NCBI GenBank assembly: GCA_938028625.1
Contig: CALIZB010000007.1
Coordinates: 433-64,432, forward strand
Length of the DNA stretch: 64,000 nt
Direction: 5' to 3'
From: an uncultured Bacteroidia bacterium
Lineage (GTDB): Bacteria > Bacteroidota > Bacteroidia > JANWVE01
Below, piece by piece: positions 46,037 through 55,076 of this stretch. The notes beneath the pieces were generated by a model, which did not search any database, was not told where the DNA came from, and saw only the letters and a list, made by a program, of their open reading frames with translations. How positions within the stretch are numbered: position 1 is the first letter of the stretch; each line of letters starts with the position of its first letter. The position numbers were made by a program, and so were the translations under genes.

Positions 46037-46162
46037 GCGTGAGGCATGCGGAGGGTGTGCGTTAGCATAGTGCGCAGCACCGTAGCGCAGCGTAGCCCGT
46101 AGCACGCCGACCTTGCACGCATGAGCGCTAGCAAAACGCTGTGCAAGGACACGCCCAAAAAA
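46037..46162 (+). repeat. GC-rich structured intergenic repeat, copy A
   Basis: Shares blocks GCGTGAGGCATGCGGAGGG, AGCACCG, AGCGTAGCCCGTAGCACGCCGACC and AAGGACACGCCCAAAAAA with the reverse complement of 54342..54462. Confidence 0.75.
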
Positions 46163-46205
46163 CTAAAACAACTACTCAAAATCAATAAAATTGTTAATAT
46201 AAATG

Positions 46206-46242
46206 AAACAAGGTGATACCGCTTTCGTGTATCACCTTGTTT
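46206..46242. terminator. Strong hairpin terminator between convergent genes
   Basis: Perfect 14-bp stem AAACAAGGTGATAC/GTATCACCTTGTTT with a 9-nt loop. Confidence 0.65.
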
Positions 46243-46258
46243 GTGTGATTATAGATTT

Positions 46259-47461
46259 TTACTTTGTTTTTTGTGCTACAATGATATTAGCCATTCTTTC
46301 ACCTTCGCTGGTATTATATCCGCCTACAAGGAAGGGAAGGGGTTTTACATTCTTTTTATCGTCATATTTTTCTTTAAGGTCTTTTTGAAAGCGTACTGCA
46401 AACATAGGAATAGGTTTTGTGTATGTACCATAATATGTTTTTTTCCATGTATTGTCAGGTAGATGCTTTAAGGGTACGCCTGTATCATCTTGAATAATCC
46501 ATTCGCTTTGGTCAAGAATGAGCTTGCGTATCATAGGAAACTGTTCATCACGGTGTAAAAGATAAGAAGCGGCTTTAAGATAAGTAGTTACATTACCAAG
46601 ATTTTTGATATAACTCACAAAGTCAGGAATTTTCTTTTTTAACCCTTCGTCAGAAATATCCGCAGAAAAATAACGAAGTACTTTCATAGGTTTATCTGCC
46701 CCCTTGCTGAACCATATTTCACAGCCCTGCACCTGCTTGTCCGTAGATTTTTTACCTTTGAATACTTTACCTTGTGCACCTACGTAGATATGCTCAATGT
46801 TTTCAACTGTATAACCCATTCTACCAAGGAAAAGCATCATCACGGGTATAGTACCGTTCAAACCTTGTGCGGATAAATCTGTACGCATAGAAGCTGTTTT
46901 GAAAAATCCATGACGCAAAATAGATTGTAATGATATTTCAGCAGAACGGAAGAATTTTTCAGGTTCTTTGAATTTTTCTTTGTTAATCTGCACAATATCT
47001 CCTACGGGTTCTAAACCTATCATGTGTATCGTATCTGCATTAGGAAAGAAATAAACCGCATGTAGCACATCAGGACCAGAGAAAGGATAAAAAAGATTAT
47101 ATTTTCGGCTGTTTATTTCTTTTAACTCCACTTCTCTCCATTCTGTAATTTTTTGCAAGCGTGTAGCATCATATTCGGACCAGTTTTTACCCAATTTGGT
47201 ACTGTAACTTTTCCATGCGGCAAGCGTGTACATAGAAGCATCAATATTTTTGGAATTAGGGCTTTCTATACCTGCTATGTATTTTGAAGTTTCATCAAAA
47301 ACAGGGTTAAAAGTGCGCGGTTTAGGTTCTTCCTTTGTAATTTTTTTTGCGGTATCTTTTTTTGCAGTGTCTTTGTCTGCTTTTTTACCTTTATTTCCAC
47401 AATTTGCGAGGAATAATATACCGAAGGCACAGAGCAACGGTAAAAGAATATATATTTTCAT
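46259..47461 (-). CDS. Hypothetical lipoprotein, 400 aa, unrecognised family
   Basis: Lipobox LFLANCGNKG. Conserved-looking core YNLFYPFSGPDVLHAVYFFP. Its ATG overlaps the permease stop (ATGA). Confidence 0.55.
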   Translation of the reverse strand: MKIYILLPLLCAFGILFLANCGNKGKKADKDTAKKDTAKKITKEEPKPRTFNPVFDETSKYIAGIESPNSKNIDASMYTLAAWKSYSTKLGKNWSEYDATRLQKITEWREVELKEINSRKYNLFYPFSGPDVLHAVYFFPNADTIHMIGLEPVGDIVQINKEKFKEPEKFFRSAEISLQSILRHGFFKTASMRTDLSAQGLNGTIPVMMLFLGRMGYTVENIEHIYVGAQGKVFKGKKSTDKQVQGCEIWFSKGADKPMKVLRYFSADISDEGLKKKIPDFVSYIKNLGNVTTYLKAASYLLHRDEQFPMIRKLILDQSEWIIQDDTGVPLKHLPDNTWKKTYYGTYTKPIPMFAVRFQKDLKEKYDDKKNVKPLPFLVGGYNTSEGERMANIIVAQKTK

Positions 47462-48765
47462 ATTTTATGTTGTTTTTTAGATTGGCTGATGTAATAAATA
47501 ATAAGTCCTGAAAGCACAGTGGCTAAGCCCGTTTGAGATTCCAGGGGTTTATAGATAAGACCATAAACCAATACCCAGGTTTCTATGAGTAGAAACAATA
47601 TAGGTGTTATCGGGTACAATAATGTTTTATAGCCAGAGTACTGTGGAGGATTATTTTTATACCTTGCTACAAATACACCGAATACTGTCATAAAAAGAAA
47701 AAGATTCAAGGTAAAACCAATGTAAGTAATCACTTGGTCAAATGTAGCGGTAAAAATAAACAATAAACTGATACTGCTTTGTATAAAAATAGCGAGCATA
47801 GGAGTATCACCGCGGCGTTTTGCGAGAAAAGAAAGTATACGATAATTTTTGCCCATAGCTTCACTCACGCGAGGTCCTACCATTACCATAGCGCTGATAG
47901 ATGAAACTAATAACAAAGCAATAATAATACTCATGATATTTCCGTTAGTTTTTCCAAAAATATGAGTAGCGGCAACTGCACCTACTTCAAGCTGTCCTTT
48001 CAGTTCATCTAACGGTGCAACTTTAAGAAAAATATAATTGAGCGAAACATACAATATAACTACTATACCTGTACCGAGAAACAATGCTTTGGGAAGGTTT
48101 TTCTGTGGATTTTCTATTTCTCCTGCCATATACGCCGCCGCATTCCAGCCTGAATAAGAGTATCCTACAAAATAAAGAGAAATGGCAAAAGCGGCACTGA
48201 ATATAGACTGTGAAGCCTCTGTATTGACGGCAAAACTTACATCGCCTTCACTTTTGGCGAATAAACCTGTCAGAATAAACACTACAATAATAGCTATTTT
48301 AAGAGTTGTAAATATGTTCTGAAAATTCTTTCCTAATCCAAAGTGAATACCGTGCATAATGCTGATAAGAATTACTATACCTGCGGCAAAAAACGGTTTA
48401 GGTAGCTCGGGATAAATATAAGCCACGTATTTACTCATTGCCATAGATGCTGCAGCCACAGGGGCAGAAAATCCTACCGTAACGGATACCCAACCTGACA
48501 AAAAACCCAAAGCAGGATGATAAATTTTACTCAAATAATTATACTCTCCGCCAGATTCTGGAAAACGACTACCTATCTCACCATAAATCAATGCGCCGCA
48601 TAAAGCTACTATACCTCCTACTACCCATAAAAACACTAATGCAAAACCTGAAGAAATTCCTAATGCCTGAAACCCTAAACTAGTGAATACTCCTGTACCT
48701 ACCATATTAGCAATGATAAGAGAAGTAGCCGTGAACAAACCTATTTTTTTGTTATTGTATGACAT
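47458..48765 (-). CDS. APC-superfamily amino-acid permease
   Basis: 12 TM helices, with GTGVFTSLG and GEIGSRFPESGGEYNYL motifs. ATG 48765 used because the 48768 start is TTG. Confidence 0.85.
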   Translation of the reverse strand: MSYNNKKIGLFTATSLIIANMVGTGVFTSLGFQALGISSGFALVFLWVVGGIVALCGALIYGEIGSRFPESGGEYNYLSKIYHPALGFLSGWVSVTVGFSAPVAAASMAMSKYVAYIYPELPKPFFAAGIVILISIMHGIHFGLGKNFQNIFTTLKIAIIVVFILTGLFAKSEGDVSFAVNTEASQSIFSAAFAISLYFVGYSYSGWNAAAYMAGEIENPQKNLPKALFLGTGIVVILYVSLNYIFLKVAPLDELKGQLEVGAVAATHIFGKTNGNIMSIIIALLLVSSISAMVMVGPRVSEAMGKNYRILSFLAKRRGDTPMLAIFIQSSISLLFIFTATFDQVITYIGFTLNLFLFMTVFGVFVARYKNNPPQYSGYKTLLYPITPILFLLIETWVLVYGLIYKPLESQTGLATVLSGLIIYYISQSKKQHKI

Positions 48766-48853
48766 CAAAAAGTACGTGCAAAAATAGAGTATTTAATGCA
48801 AAAAAATCTAAATTATTTTCTGAATTCTCTTGCTATAAATTAAAAACCTGCAT

Positions 48854-49363
48854 TTATTTTGTAAGCATTTTTAATAAAATTTGTGTAAACCAATTTTCAT
48901 CTGCATTGCTGATACGGGTTAAAAGAATATCTGCATTAGTTACAAATTTTTCTATATTTTCTATGGTCTGCTGAAAAGCTACGGCTTCGGGATTGTTTGG
49001 GTCAATTTCTACATCAGAAACCTGTTCTATAATACGGCTTACGGGGTTAAGTTCTCGTTTTTTTCGTTCCTGAATAATGCGCATAGCAATAGTCCATATA
49101 TCTTTTTCAGCAACAAAGTATTCTTTTCTATCGCCCTGTTTAAGTTCTTTGCTGATAAGTCCCCAATCAATCAAAGCCCGGAGGTTCATGTTTGCATTGC
49201 CGCGGGATATATTCAGACGTTCCATAATTTCTTCTGCACTCATAGGTTCGGGAGCTATCATAAGCAAAGCATGCACTTGGGACATAGTTCGGTTTATACC
49301 CCACGATGATGCTAATGCCCCCCAAGCCTGAATAAATTTTTCCTGTGCTTCTTCTAATTTCAT
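48854..49363 (-). CDS. GbsR/MarR-type winged-helix transcriptional regulator
   Basis: FIQAWGALASSWGINRTMSQVHALLMIAPEPMSAEEIMERLNISRGNANMNLRALIDWGLI. Confidence 0.65.
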   Translation of the reverse strand: MKLEEAQEKFIQAWGALASSWGINRTMSQVHALLMIAPEPMSAEEIMERLNISRGNANMNLRALIDWGLISKELKQGDRKEYFVAEKDIWTIAMRIIQERKKRELNPVSRIIEQVSDVEIDPNNPEAVAFQQTIENIEKFVTNADILLTRISNADENWFTQILLKMLTK

Positions 49364-49409
49364 GTATGCCATGCAAAAGTAATAAATTACTGCAAAATAC
49401 ACGGTAGCT

Positions 49410-50162
49410 TTAAATAGATTTAAGAAATTCCGCTATTTGTTTGTATTCCTGTTCTATAATATTGTGGCTTGCTTCTGCAATCTGCAAAGAAAAATGGTGT
49501 TTTTTTGCTGTTCTATGGGCTATTTTTACAGAGAGCACTTCATCATACCTGCTCCATATCAAAAAAACTTTGTTTTTATACAAAGATAATCGGGGTACAT
49601 CTGCCTGATATGCCGCATATTTTTTCCATATCTGAATAAGAATTTTTCTTCGATGGGTATTCTGAATATGAGCAAGGTAAAACTTTGCTTTTTTGGAAGA
49701 TATAAAACGCATTTTTTGAAAGTTTTTGATTAAAAACTGCCATAATTTACTTTCAATTATGCGGTATAAAAGTTTTTCTGAAATCCATTTTTTTTGAGAA
49801 ATCCATTGTAAAAGATGTGTTTTAAGTCCATCTGCATTGATAAGAATGAGTTTATTAAATTTTTCAGGGTTAAGTAAAAATAAATTTTGTGCAATACGTC
49901 CTCCGATACTAAATCCAAGCAGATATATTCTTTGATAGCTGTATTTATGTACTTCTGCGAAAATATTTTGTAAAAGTTCCTGCGGCGTATAAACAGCATT
50001 TACTTCACTTTCAGGGTTTATATAAGGTAAATGCACTAAAAGCCATTGAAATTCGTTTTCTGTTTCACGGACGAGAGAATCAAAAGCCCGCATATCTTGT
50101 CTGTATCCGCCCAAGGCTACAATTAGTATTTCTCCTTTACCATAATGGGTTGATAAGCACAT
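49410..50162 (-). CDS. Alpha/beta-fold hydrolase
   Basis: Nucleophile elbow LLGFSIGGRIAQ. ATG 50162 is preceded by a -7 box at 7 nt, and the 50183 start is TTG. Confidence 0.6.
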   Translation of the reverse strand: MCLSTHYGKGEILIVALGGYRQDMRAFDSLVRETENEFQWLLVHLPYINPESEVNAVYTPQELLQNIFAEVHKYSYQRIYLLGFSIGGRIAQNLFLLNPEKFNKLILINADGLKTHLLQWISQKKWISEKLLYRIIESKLWQFLIKNFQKMRFISSKKAKFYLAHIQNTHRRKILIQIWKKYAAYQADVPRLSLYKNKVFLIWSRYDEVLSVKIAHRTAKKHHFSLQIAEASHNIIEQEYKQIAEFLKSI

Positions 50163-50169
50163 AGAGACA

Positions 50170-50177
50170 CAAAAATA
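50170..50177 (-). promoter_or_regulatory. -7 box TATTTTTG, 7 nt upstream of hydrolase ATG
   Basis: Exact TAnnTTTG on the minus strand. Confidence 0.45.
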
Positions 50178-50246
50178 CACCAAAAAAATAAATAGTGTTG
50201 CTAAAAACCAACACTATTATCATGAAACCACTTTTTAGAGAGATTT

Positions 50247-50855
50247 TTATAGGTCATCTTTTACATTGGCGGGAGGTGCTTTGATGCCTACCAACAAACT
50301 GCTGAACTCCTTGGCTTTCCATATACCCTTATCGTTCTTAACAAGAGTAATAGGTCTTGGGCTGTCTGCACCAGAGCATTTTACAAATATCTTTATGGTA
50401 TTCTCGTCTATGTCGCTATATGGATTTTTTTTGCATTCTACTACAAAAGGTGCTTGGGCGGCATAACTGTTCTGATTAGAAGTACCTTTGAAGTAAGAAT
50501 TAGCAAGGTAATTGTTTTTGGTAAGCTGTGTTTTTACCGTCCACATGTCAGATTTGGCAATAGTGAAGCCTTTATAGCTTTCATTGCTGTTGCTTTCTTC
50601 TAATCGGCTTCGGTCTATACTTACTATCAGATACCCTATATTTTCTTTAGGATTAGCCTGATACTTGCGCATAGCCAGTACAAACATTGCCGCACCACCT
50701 TGCGGAGTATTAGCAATTTCATCTCTCAATTTTACAAACTCATCAATAGAGTTAGGTTCAGAGGATATTTTTACGGGAGATAAATCTTGGGACATAACTG
50801 AAAAGTTAGATACTATGAATGTAAGAATTGTAATAATAAAAATGGACTTTCTCAT
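50247..50855 (-). CDS. Hypothetical secreted protein
   Basis: Signal peptide MRKSIFIITILTFIVSNFSVMSQ. No family recognised. Confidence 0.45.
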   Translation of the reverse strand: MRKSIFIITILTFIVSNFSVMSQDLSPVKISSEPNSIDEFVKLRDEIANTPQGGAAMFVLAMRKYQANPKENIGYLIVSIDRSRLEESNSNESYKGFTIAKSDMWTVKTQLTKNNYLANSYFKGTSNQNSYAAQAPFVVECKKNPYSDIDENTIKIFVKCSGADSPRPITLVKNDKGIWKAKEFSSLLVGIKAPPANVKDDL

Positions 50856-50958
50856 AACTGCGTAACTATACGAAAACATGCAAAGCTTTTAGTTGCATAT
50901 TGGGTAAAAGTACATAATTAAAAAGTTAAAGAAAGGTGTACGCAGACAAAAAAGTACT

Positions 50959-51501
50959 CTATCTTGTGATATTTGGTCTATGAAAAGGTACTTCTACATA
51001 GATAAAATCACTTTTTACAGGTTTATAGTCTTTTATTTGCGGTTCCCATGAAGGCATATTCTCCACTACTCTGATAGCTTCTTTATCAAAAACGCTACCC
51101 ATACTTTTTGTAACAGTTATATCCGTAGTAAAGCCTCGTTCATCTAATCGCATTTTTAGGATAACACTACCTTGTGCGGTTTGATTTTCAGGATAAATAG
51201 TTTCACTTTGTATGTAGCGTTTCAAGGCTTCATTCCCTCCTACAAAACGGGGTGGAGCATCTTTTATATTTTTACTTGTGCTCTCAGAAGATTCTACTTC
51301 TTCAATAGGTGCTTTCATCATACCATGACGTGGGATAGAGTCATTATTCTCTCCGTACTCATCTTTGGGGTCGTGCTTAGATTTTTTCCATATAAAAATA
51401 AAACTATCTTTTCCATGATAATAAATTCTATGTACTATGCCCAAGACAACAGGAATAAACAAAAGTAAAACAGCTATGGTAATTCGGATTTTTGCAGACA
51501 T
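50959..51501 (-). CDS. TonB C-terminal-domain (energy transducer) protein
   Basis: N-terminal TM anchor, then PPRFVGGNEALKRYI...GSVILKMRLDERG...EAIRVVENMPSWEP. Confidence 0.7.
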   Translation of the reverse strand: MSAKIRITIAVLLLFIPVVLGIVHRIYYHGKDSFIFIWKKSKHDPKDEYGENNDSIPRHGMMKAPIEEVESSESTSKNIKDAPPRFVGGNEALKRYIQSETIYPENQTAQGSVILKMRLDERGFTTDITVTKSMGSVFDKEAIRVVENMPSWEPQIKDYKPVKSDFIYVEVPFHRPNITR

Positions 51502-51602
51502 GACTTTTTTAACGAATTCTTATCTTGCAAAGTTAAAAAAAATCGGATAAAAAATTTATGCTTGTGATGAATGAATAAAAATTCTTTACCATTAAAATTC
51601 AC

Positions 51603-51610
51603 TATTTTTG
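51603..51610 (+). promoter_or_regulatory. -7 box TATTTTTG, 5 nt upstream of ATG 51616
   Basis: Exact TAnnTTTG match. It lies inside the longer ORF-track model, which supports the internal start. Confidence 0.45.
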
Positions 51611-51615
51611 CGGTG

Positions 51616-52470
51616 ATGAAAGTATTTGCAATATTTTCTTTGACTTTTATTTTGGTACTCACTTCTTGTAACTGGTTCAGAACGAAACCTGTTGCGGACA
51701 GCACAGTTCTCGCACAGATTGGAGAGAAAAAACTGTTTAAACAAGATTTAATTGCTTACTTGCCCAAAGGACTTTCCTCAGAAGACAGCACAAAATATGC
51801 TCAGGCCTTTGTAGAAAAATGGGTAGCAAAAAATCTTATTGCCCAAAAAGCCATAGAAAATATTCCTGATATTGAAAAAAAAATTCAATATCAAGTAGAA
51901 GACTATAAAAATGACTTACTTGCGCATCATTATCAGCGAGAATTTTTATATCAGAAATTGGATACCACAGTAACTCGTGAAACACTCATAAAATACTACC
52001 AAGACCATCCACAAGATTTTGAACTCAAACAATCTGTACTACAATGTACTTTTCTTAAACTACCTAAAAAAGACCGTGAAGTCCCTAATGTAAAAAAATG
52101 GTTAGCTTCTAAAAATCCTAAAGAAAGAGATAAACTTCGTCAAGTTATGCTTTCCAAAGCCCAGCGTATGACACAGGACTCTTCATGGCATTATTGGAGT
52201 AACATAGCCCGTGAGTTTCCAAAAACTGATATTGATGAAAAAGAAATTCAGCCTAATAAACTCTACGAACAGCAAGATGAAAATTATATTTATTTACTCT
52301 ACGTGTATGCTAAAAAAGAAGCTAATGCTACAACGCCTATGGAACTTGTAGAGAAAACCGTGAAAGAACTTATCATCAGCCAAAGGCGTGAAAAACTTAT
52401 TCAGGATTTAGAAAAAAACCTTATAGAAGAAGCACTAAAGAGCAAAAAGCTCATATATGGTACAAAGTAA
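51616..52470 (+). CDS. SurA-N/PpiC-like chaperone lipoprotein (putative)
   Basis: Lipoprotein signal [66 protein letters not shown] resembles Bacteroidota peptidylprolyl-isomerase-annotated lipoproteins, from memory. Confidence 0.4.
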   Translation: MKVFAIFSLTFILVLTSCNWFRTKPVADSTVLAQIGEKKLFKQDLIAYLPKGLSSEDSTKYAQAFVEKWVAKNLIAQKAIENIPDIEKKIQYQVEDYKNDLLAHHYQREFLYQKLDTTVTRETLIKYYQDHPQDFELKQSVLQCTFLKLPKKDREVPNVKKWLASKNPKERDKLRQVMLSKAQRMTQDSSWHYWSNIAREFPKTDIDEKEIQPNKLYEQQDENYIYLLYVYAKKEANATTPMELVEKTVKELIISQRREKLIQDLEKNLIEEALKSKKLIYGTK

Positions 52471-52532
52471 AAAGGCTTTACAAATACCAAAGACTATATT
52501 CCTGTGCTATTATCGTATTTCATTTTATTTAT

Positions 52533-52540
52533 TACTTTTG
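52533..52540 (+). promoter_or_regulatory. -7 box TACTTTTG, 18 nt upstream of aspS ATG 52559
   Basis: Exact TAnnTTTG inside the spurious N-terminal extension of the ORF-track model. Confidence 0.45.
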
Positions 52541-52558
52541 TGGCAGTTATACAAACCC

Positions 52559-54313
52559 ATGAAAACAGCATACAGAACCCATACTTGCGGTGAACTTCGC
52601 TCTGAACATAAAGAACAAACTGTAACCCTATGCGGCTGGATACAGCGCATACGCGAACTTAAAGGACAGAATTTTGTAGATTTACGCGACAGATATGGTA
52701 TTACACAACTTGTATTCAGCCCACAATATAACGAAATTTTGTATCAACAATCTAAACAGTGGAACAGAGAAACGGTTCTTCAGGTTACAGGTAAAGTAAC
52801 CGAAAGAACTTCTAAAAACCTTAATATCCCTACAGGAGAAATAGAAATTATTGCAGAACAAGTAAATGTACTTAATCCTGCGGTTCTACCTCCTTTTTTA
52901 ATTGAAAATGATACTGACGGCAGTGAAGAACTCCGTATGCAGTACAGATATTTGGATATTCGCAGACCTGAACTACGAGATAATCTTTTACTTCGCCATA
53001 GATTTACGCAAGCTGTAAGAAACTATATGGACAGTCAAGGATTTGTTGAAATAGAAACCCCCGTACTCATAAAATCTACTCCCGAAGGTGCAAGAGATTT
53101 TGTTGTTCCCAGCCGTATGAACAAAGGACAATTTTATGCTTTGCCGCAAAGTCCACAAACCTTCAAACAGCTCCTTATGGTAGCAGGTATGGATAAGTAT
53201 TTTCAAATAGTAAAATGCTTCCGCGATGAAGACCTACGTGCAGACAGACAGCCCGAATTTACTCAAATAGACTGTGAAATGAGCTTCGTCAGTCAGGAAG
53301 ATGTGTTGCAAACTTTTGAAGGACTGACAAAATACCTTTTCAAAACCTTAAAAAACATAGATTTACCTGATTTACCCCGAATGACATATTCTGATGCTAT
53401 GCGATATTACGGTTCAGACAAGCCTGATACCCGTTTTGATATGAAATTTGTAGAGCTAAATGAAGTTACAAAAGGATTTGGTTTTTCTGTATTTGATAAT
53501 GCAGAGTTAGTAGTAGGTATTTGTGTAAAAGGCGCAGCAAATTTTACTCGCAAACAATTAGATACTCTTACAAATTTTGTAAAAAAGCCTCAAATTGGTG
53601 CATCAGGATTGGTATATGCACGAATAGAAAATGACGGAAGCGTAAAATCTAGTGTAGATAAATTTTATTCACCTGAACAACTTTTACAATGGAAAGCTAA
53701 ATTCAACGCACAAGAAGGTGATTTATTGCTTATTTTATGCGGTAAAACAGATAAAGTCCGCAAACAGCTTTCAGAATTACGTTTGGAAGTAGCTCAGCAA
53801 TTAGGATTAAGAGATAAAAACACGTACTCCTGTCTTTGGGTAGTAGATTTTCCTTTATTAGAATGGAACGAAGAAGATAATCGTTGGTATGCCATGCACC
53901 ACCCTTTTACCTCACCCAAGCAGGAAGATATACAGTTTTTAGGTACAGATAACGCAAAAGTAAGAGCAAATGCTTATGACTTGGTTATCAATGGAGTAGA
54001 AATTGGAGGAGGTTCTGTACGTATTCATGATAAAATGTTACAAGCCAAAATGTTTGAAGTATTAGGATTAAGCAAAGAAGAAGCAGAATACAAATTCGGC
54101 TTTTTAATGGATGCTTTTGAGTATGGTGCGCCTCCGCATGCGGGTTGTGCTTTTGGATTAGATAGGTGGGTTATGCTTTTTGCAGGTGCAGACAGTATCC
54201 GTGAAGTAATGGCATTTCCTAAAAACAACATGGGCAGGGACACTATGATTGATGCACCTTCTGTCATTGATGAAAGTGTGATGAAAGAACTCGGAATATC
54301 TATAAAGCAATAA
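52559..54313 (+). CDS. aspS: Aspartate--tRNA ligase
   Basis: [14 protein letters not shown]... is the canonical N-terminus. Class II motifs [18 protein letters not shown] and GGGSVRIH...GLDRWVM. Confidence 0.95.
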   Translation: MKTAYRTHTCGELRSEHKEQTVTLCGWIQRIRELKGQNFVDLRDRYGITQLVFSPQYNEILYQQSKQWNRETVLQVTGKVTERTSKNLNIPTGEIEIIAEQVNVLNPAVLPPFLIENDTDGSEELRMQYRYLDIRRPELRDNLLLRHRFTQAVRNYMDSQGFVEIETPVLIKSTPEGARDFVVPSRMNKGQFYALPQSPQTFKQLLMVAGMDKYFQIVKCFRDEDLRADRQPEFTQIDCEMSFVSQEDVLQTFEGLTKYLFKTLKNIDLPDLPRMTYSDAMRYYGSDKPDTRFDMKFVELNEVTKGFGFSVFDNAELVVGICVKGAANFTRKQLDTLTNFVKKPQIGASGLVYARIENDGSVKSSVDKFYSPEQLLQWKAKFNAQEGDLLLILCGKTDKVRKQLSELRLEVAQQLGLRDKNTYSCLWVVDFPLLEWNEEDNRWYAMHHPFTSPKQEDIQFLGTDNAKVRANAYDLVINGVEIGGGSVRIHDKMLQAKMFEVLGLSKEEAEYKFGFLMDAFEYGAPPHAGCAFGLDRWVMLFAGADSIREVMAFPKNNMGRDTMIDAPSVIDESVMKELGISIKQ

Positions 54314-54341
54314 TTCTCACTATATTCTCTAAACTCTTAAA

Positions 54342-54462
54342 TTTTTTTGGGCGTGTCCTTCACCCTTCGGCGAGCTCAGGGTTCAGGTCGGCGTGCTACG
54401 GGCTACGCTTCGCTTCGGTGCTTTGCACCAAACTTACAGTTTGCCCTCCGCATGCCTCACGC
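54342..54462 (-). repeat. GC-rich structured intergenic repeat, copy B (inverted relative to copy A)
   Basis: Its reverse complement aligns block by block with 46037..46162. Begins right after aspS with TTTTTTTGGGCGTGTCC. Confidence 0.75.
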
Positions 54463-54635
54463 ATCCGCATTGAATAGCCATGCGTACTTAAACAAGTGTT
54501 TTTATACTAAAAAATTTAGTATACATCTAACGCATATAAAGGTCAGATAAATTTCTGTAAATAAAATTTGTAAAACTGATAACAATTATTTAACTTTGAA
54601 AGTTATTCAACAAACCCATCAAAACAAAAAATACT

Positions 54636-55052
54636 ATGCGAGGTGTTAATAAAGTAATTATTGTAGGCACTGTGGGCAGAGACCCTGAGGTGAAAACCTT
54701 TGAAAATGGAGAAATTGTAACTTTTTCTCTCGCTACAAACGAAAGCTATAAAGATAAAAACGGCAATTTGGTAGAAAAAACAGAATGGCATAATATCTCT
54801 ATCGGAATTCCTAATATCTGTGAAGTTGCCAAAAAATATGTAAAAAAAGGGGATATTGTTTATGTGGAGGGTAAAATATCTTCCCGACAGTACGAAAAAG
54901 CTGAATTTCCAGGTGCAAAATTCACTGCTCATGAAATTAAAGTAAACGCTTTAACACTTATCAGCTCAAAGCAAAAAAGCAATGATAATAACCATAATAC
55001 TGAAAATACCGTTATTCAAGCAGAAAACTCAGATGATGACTTGCCATTCTAA
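54636..55052 (+). CDS. ssb: Single-stranded DNA-binding protein
   Basis: MRGVNKVIIVGTVGRDPEV... OB fold and acidic tail DDDLPF. Confidence 0.95.
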   Translation: MRGVNKVIIVGTVGRDPEVKTFENGEIVTFSLATNESYKDKNGNLVEKTEWHNISIGIPNICEVAKKYVKKGDIVYVEGKISSRQYEKAEFPGAKFTAHEIKVNALTLISSKQKSNDNNHNTENTVIQAENSDDDLPF

Positions 55053-55076
55053 AAAACTTTGTAACTTTGCACCGTT

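Noticed and set aside
45776-46105. 109-aa minus-strand ORF, and the 67-aa ORF at 54347..54550, with Arg/Ala/His-rich translations
   Set aside because: Both are read-throughs of the GC-rich intergenic repeat. Their similarity to each other simply reflects the repeat. There are no start-site signals and the composition is unlike real proteins here.
52457-52558. 34-codon N-terminal extension of aspS in the ORF track (MVQSKKALQ...)
   Set aside because: It contains the TACTTTTG promoter box and overlaps the upstream gene. The canonical AspRS N-terminus begins at ATG 52559.
46037-54462. The inverted GC-rich repeats as ends of an 8.4-kb composite transposon or invertible segment
   Set aside because: The interval carries core genes (aspS, TonB-like, permease operon) and no transposase or recombinase. 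The repeats are better explained as dispersed structured elements at gene 3' ends.
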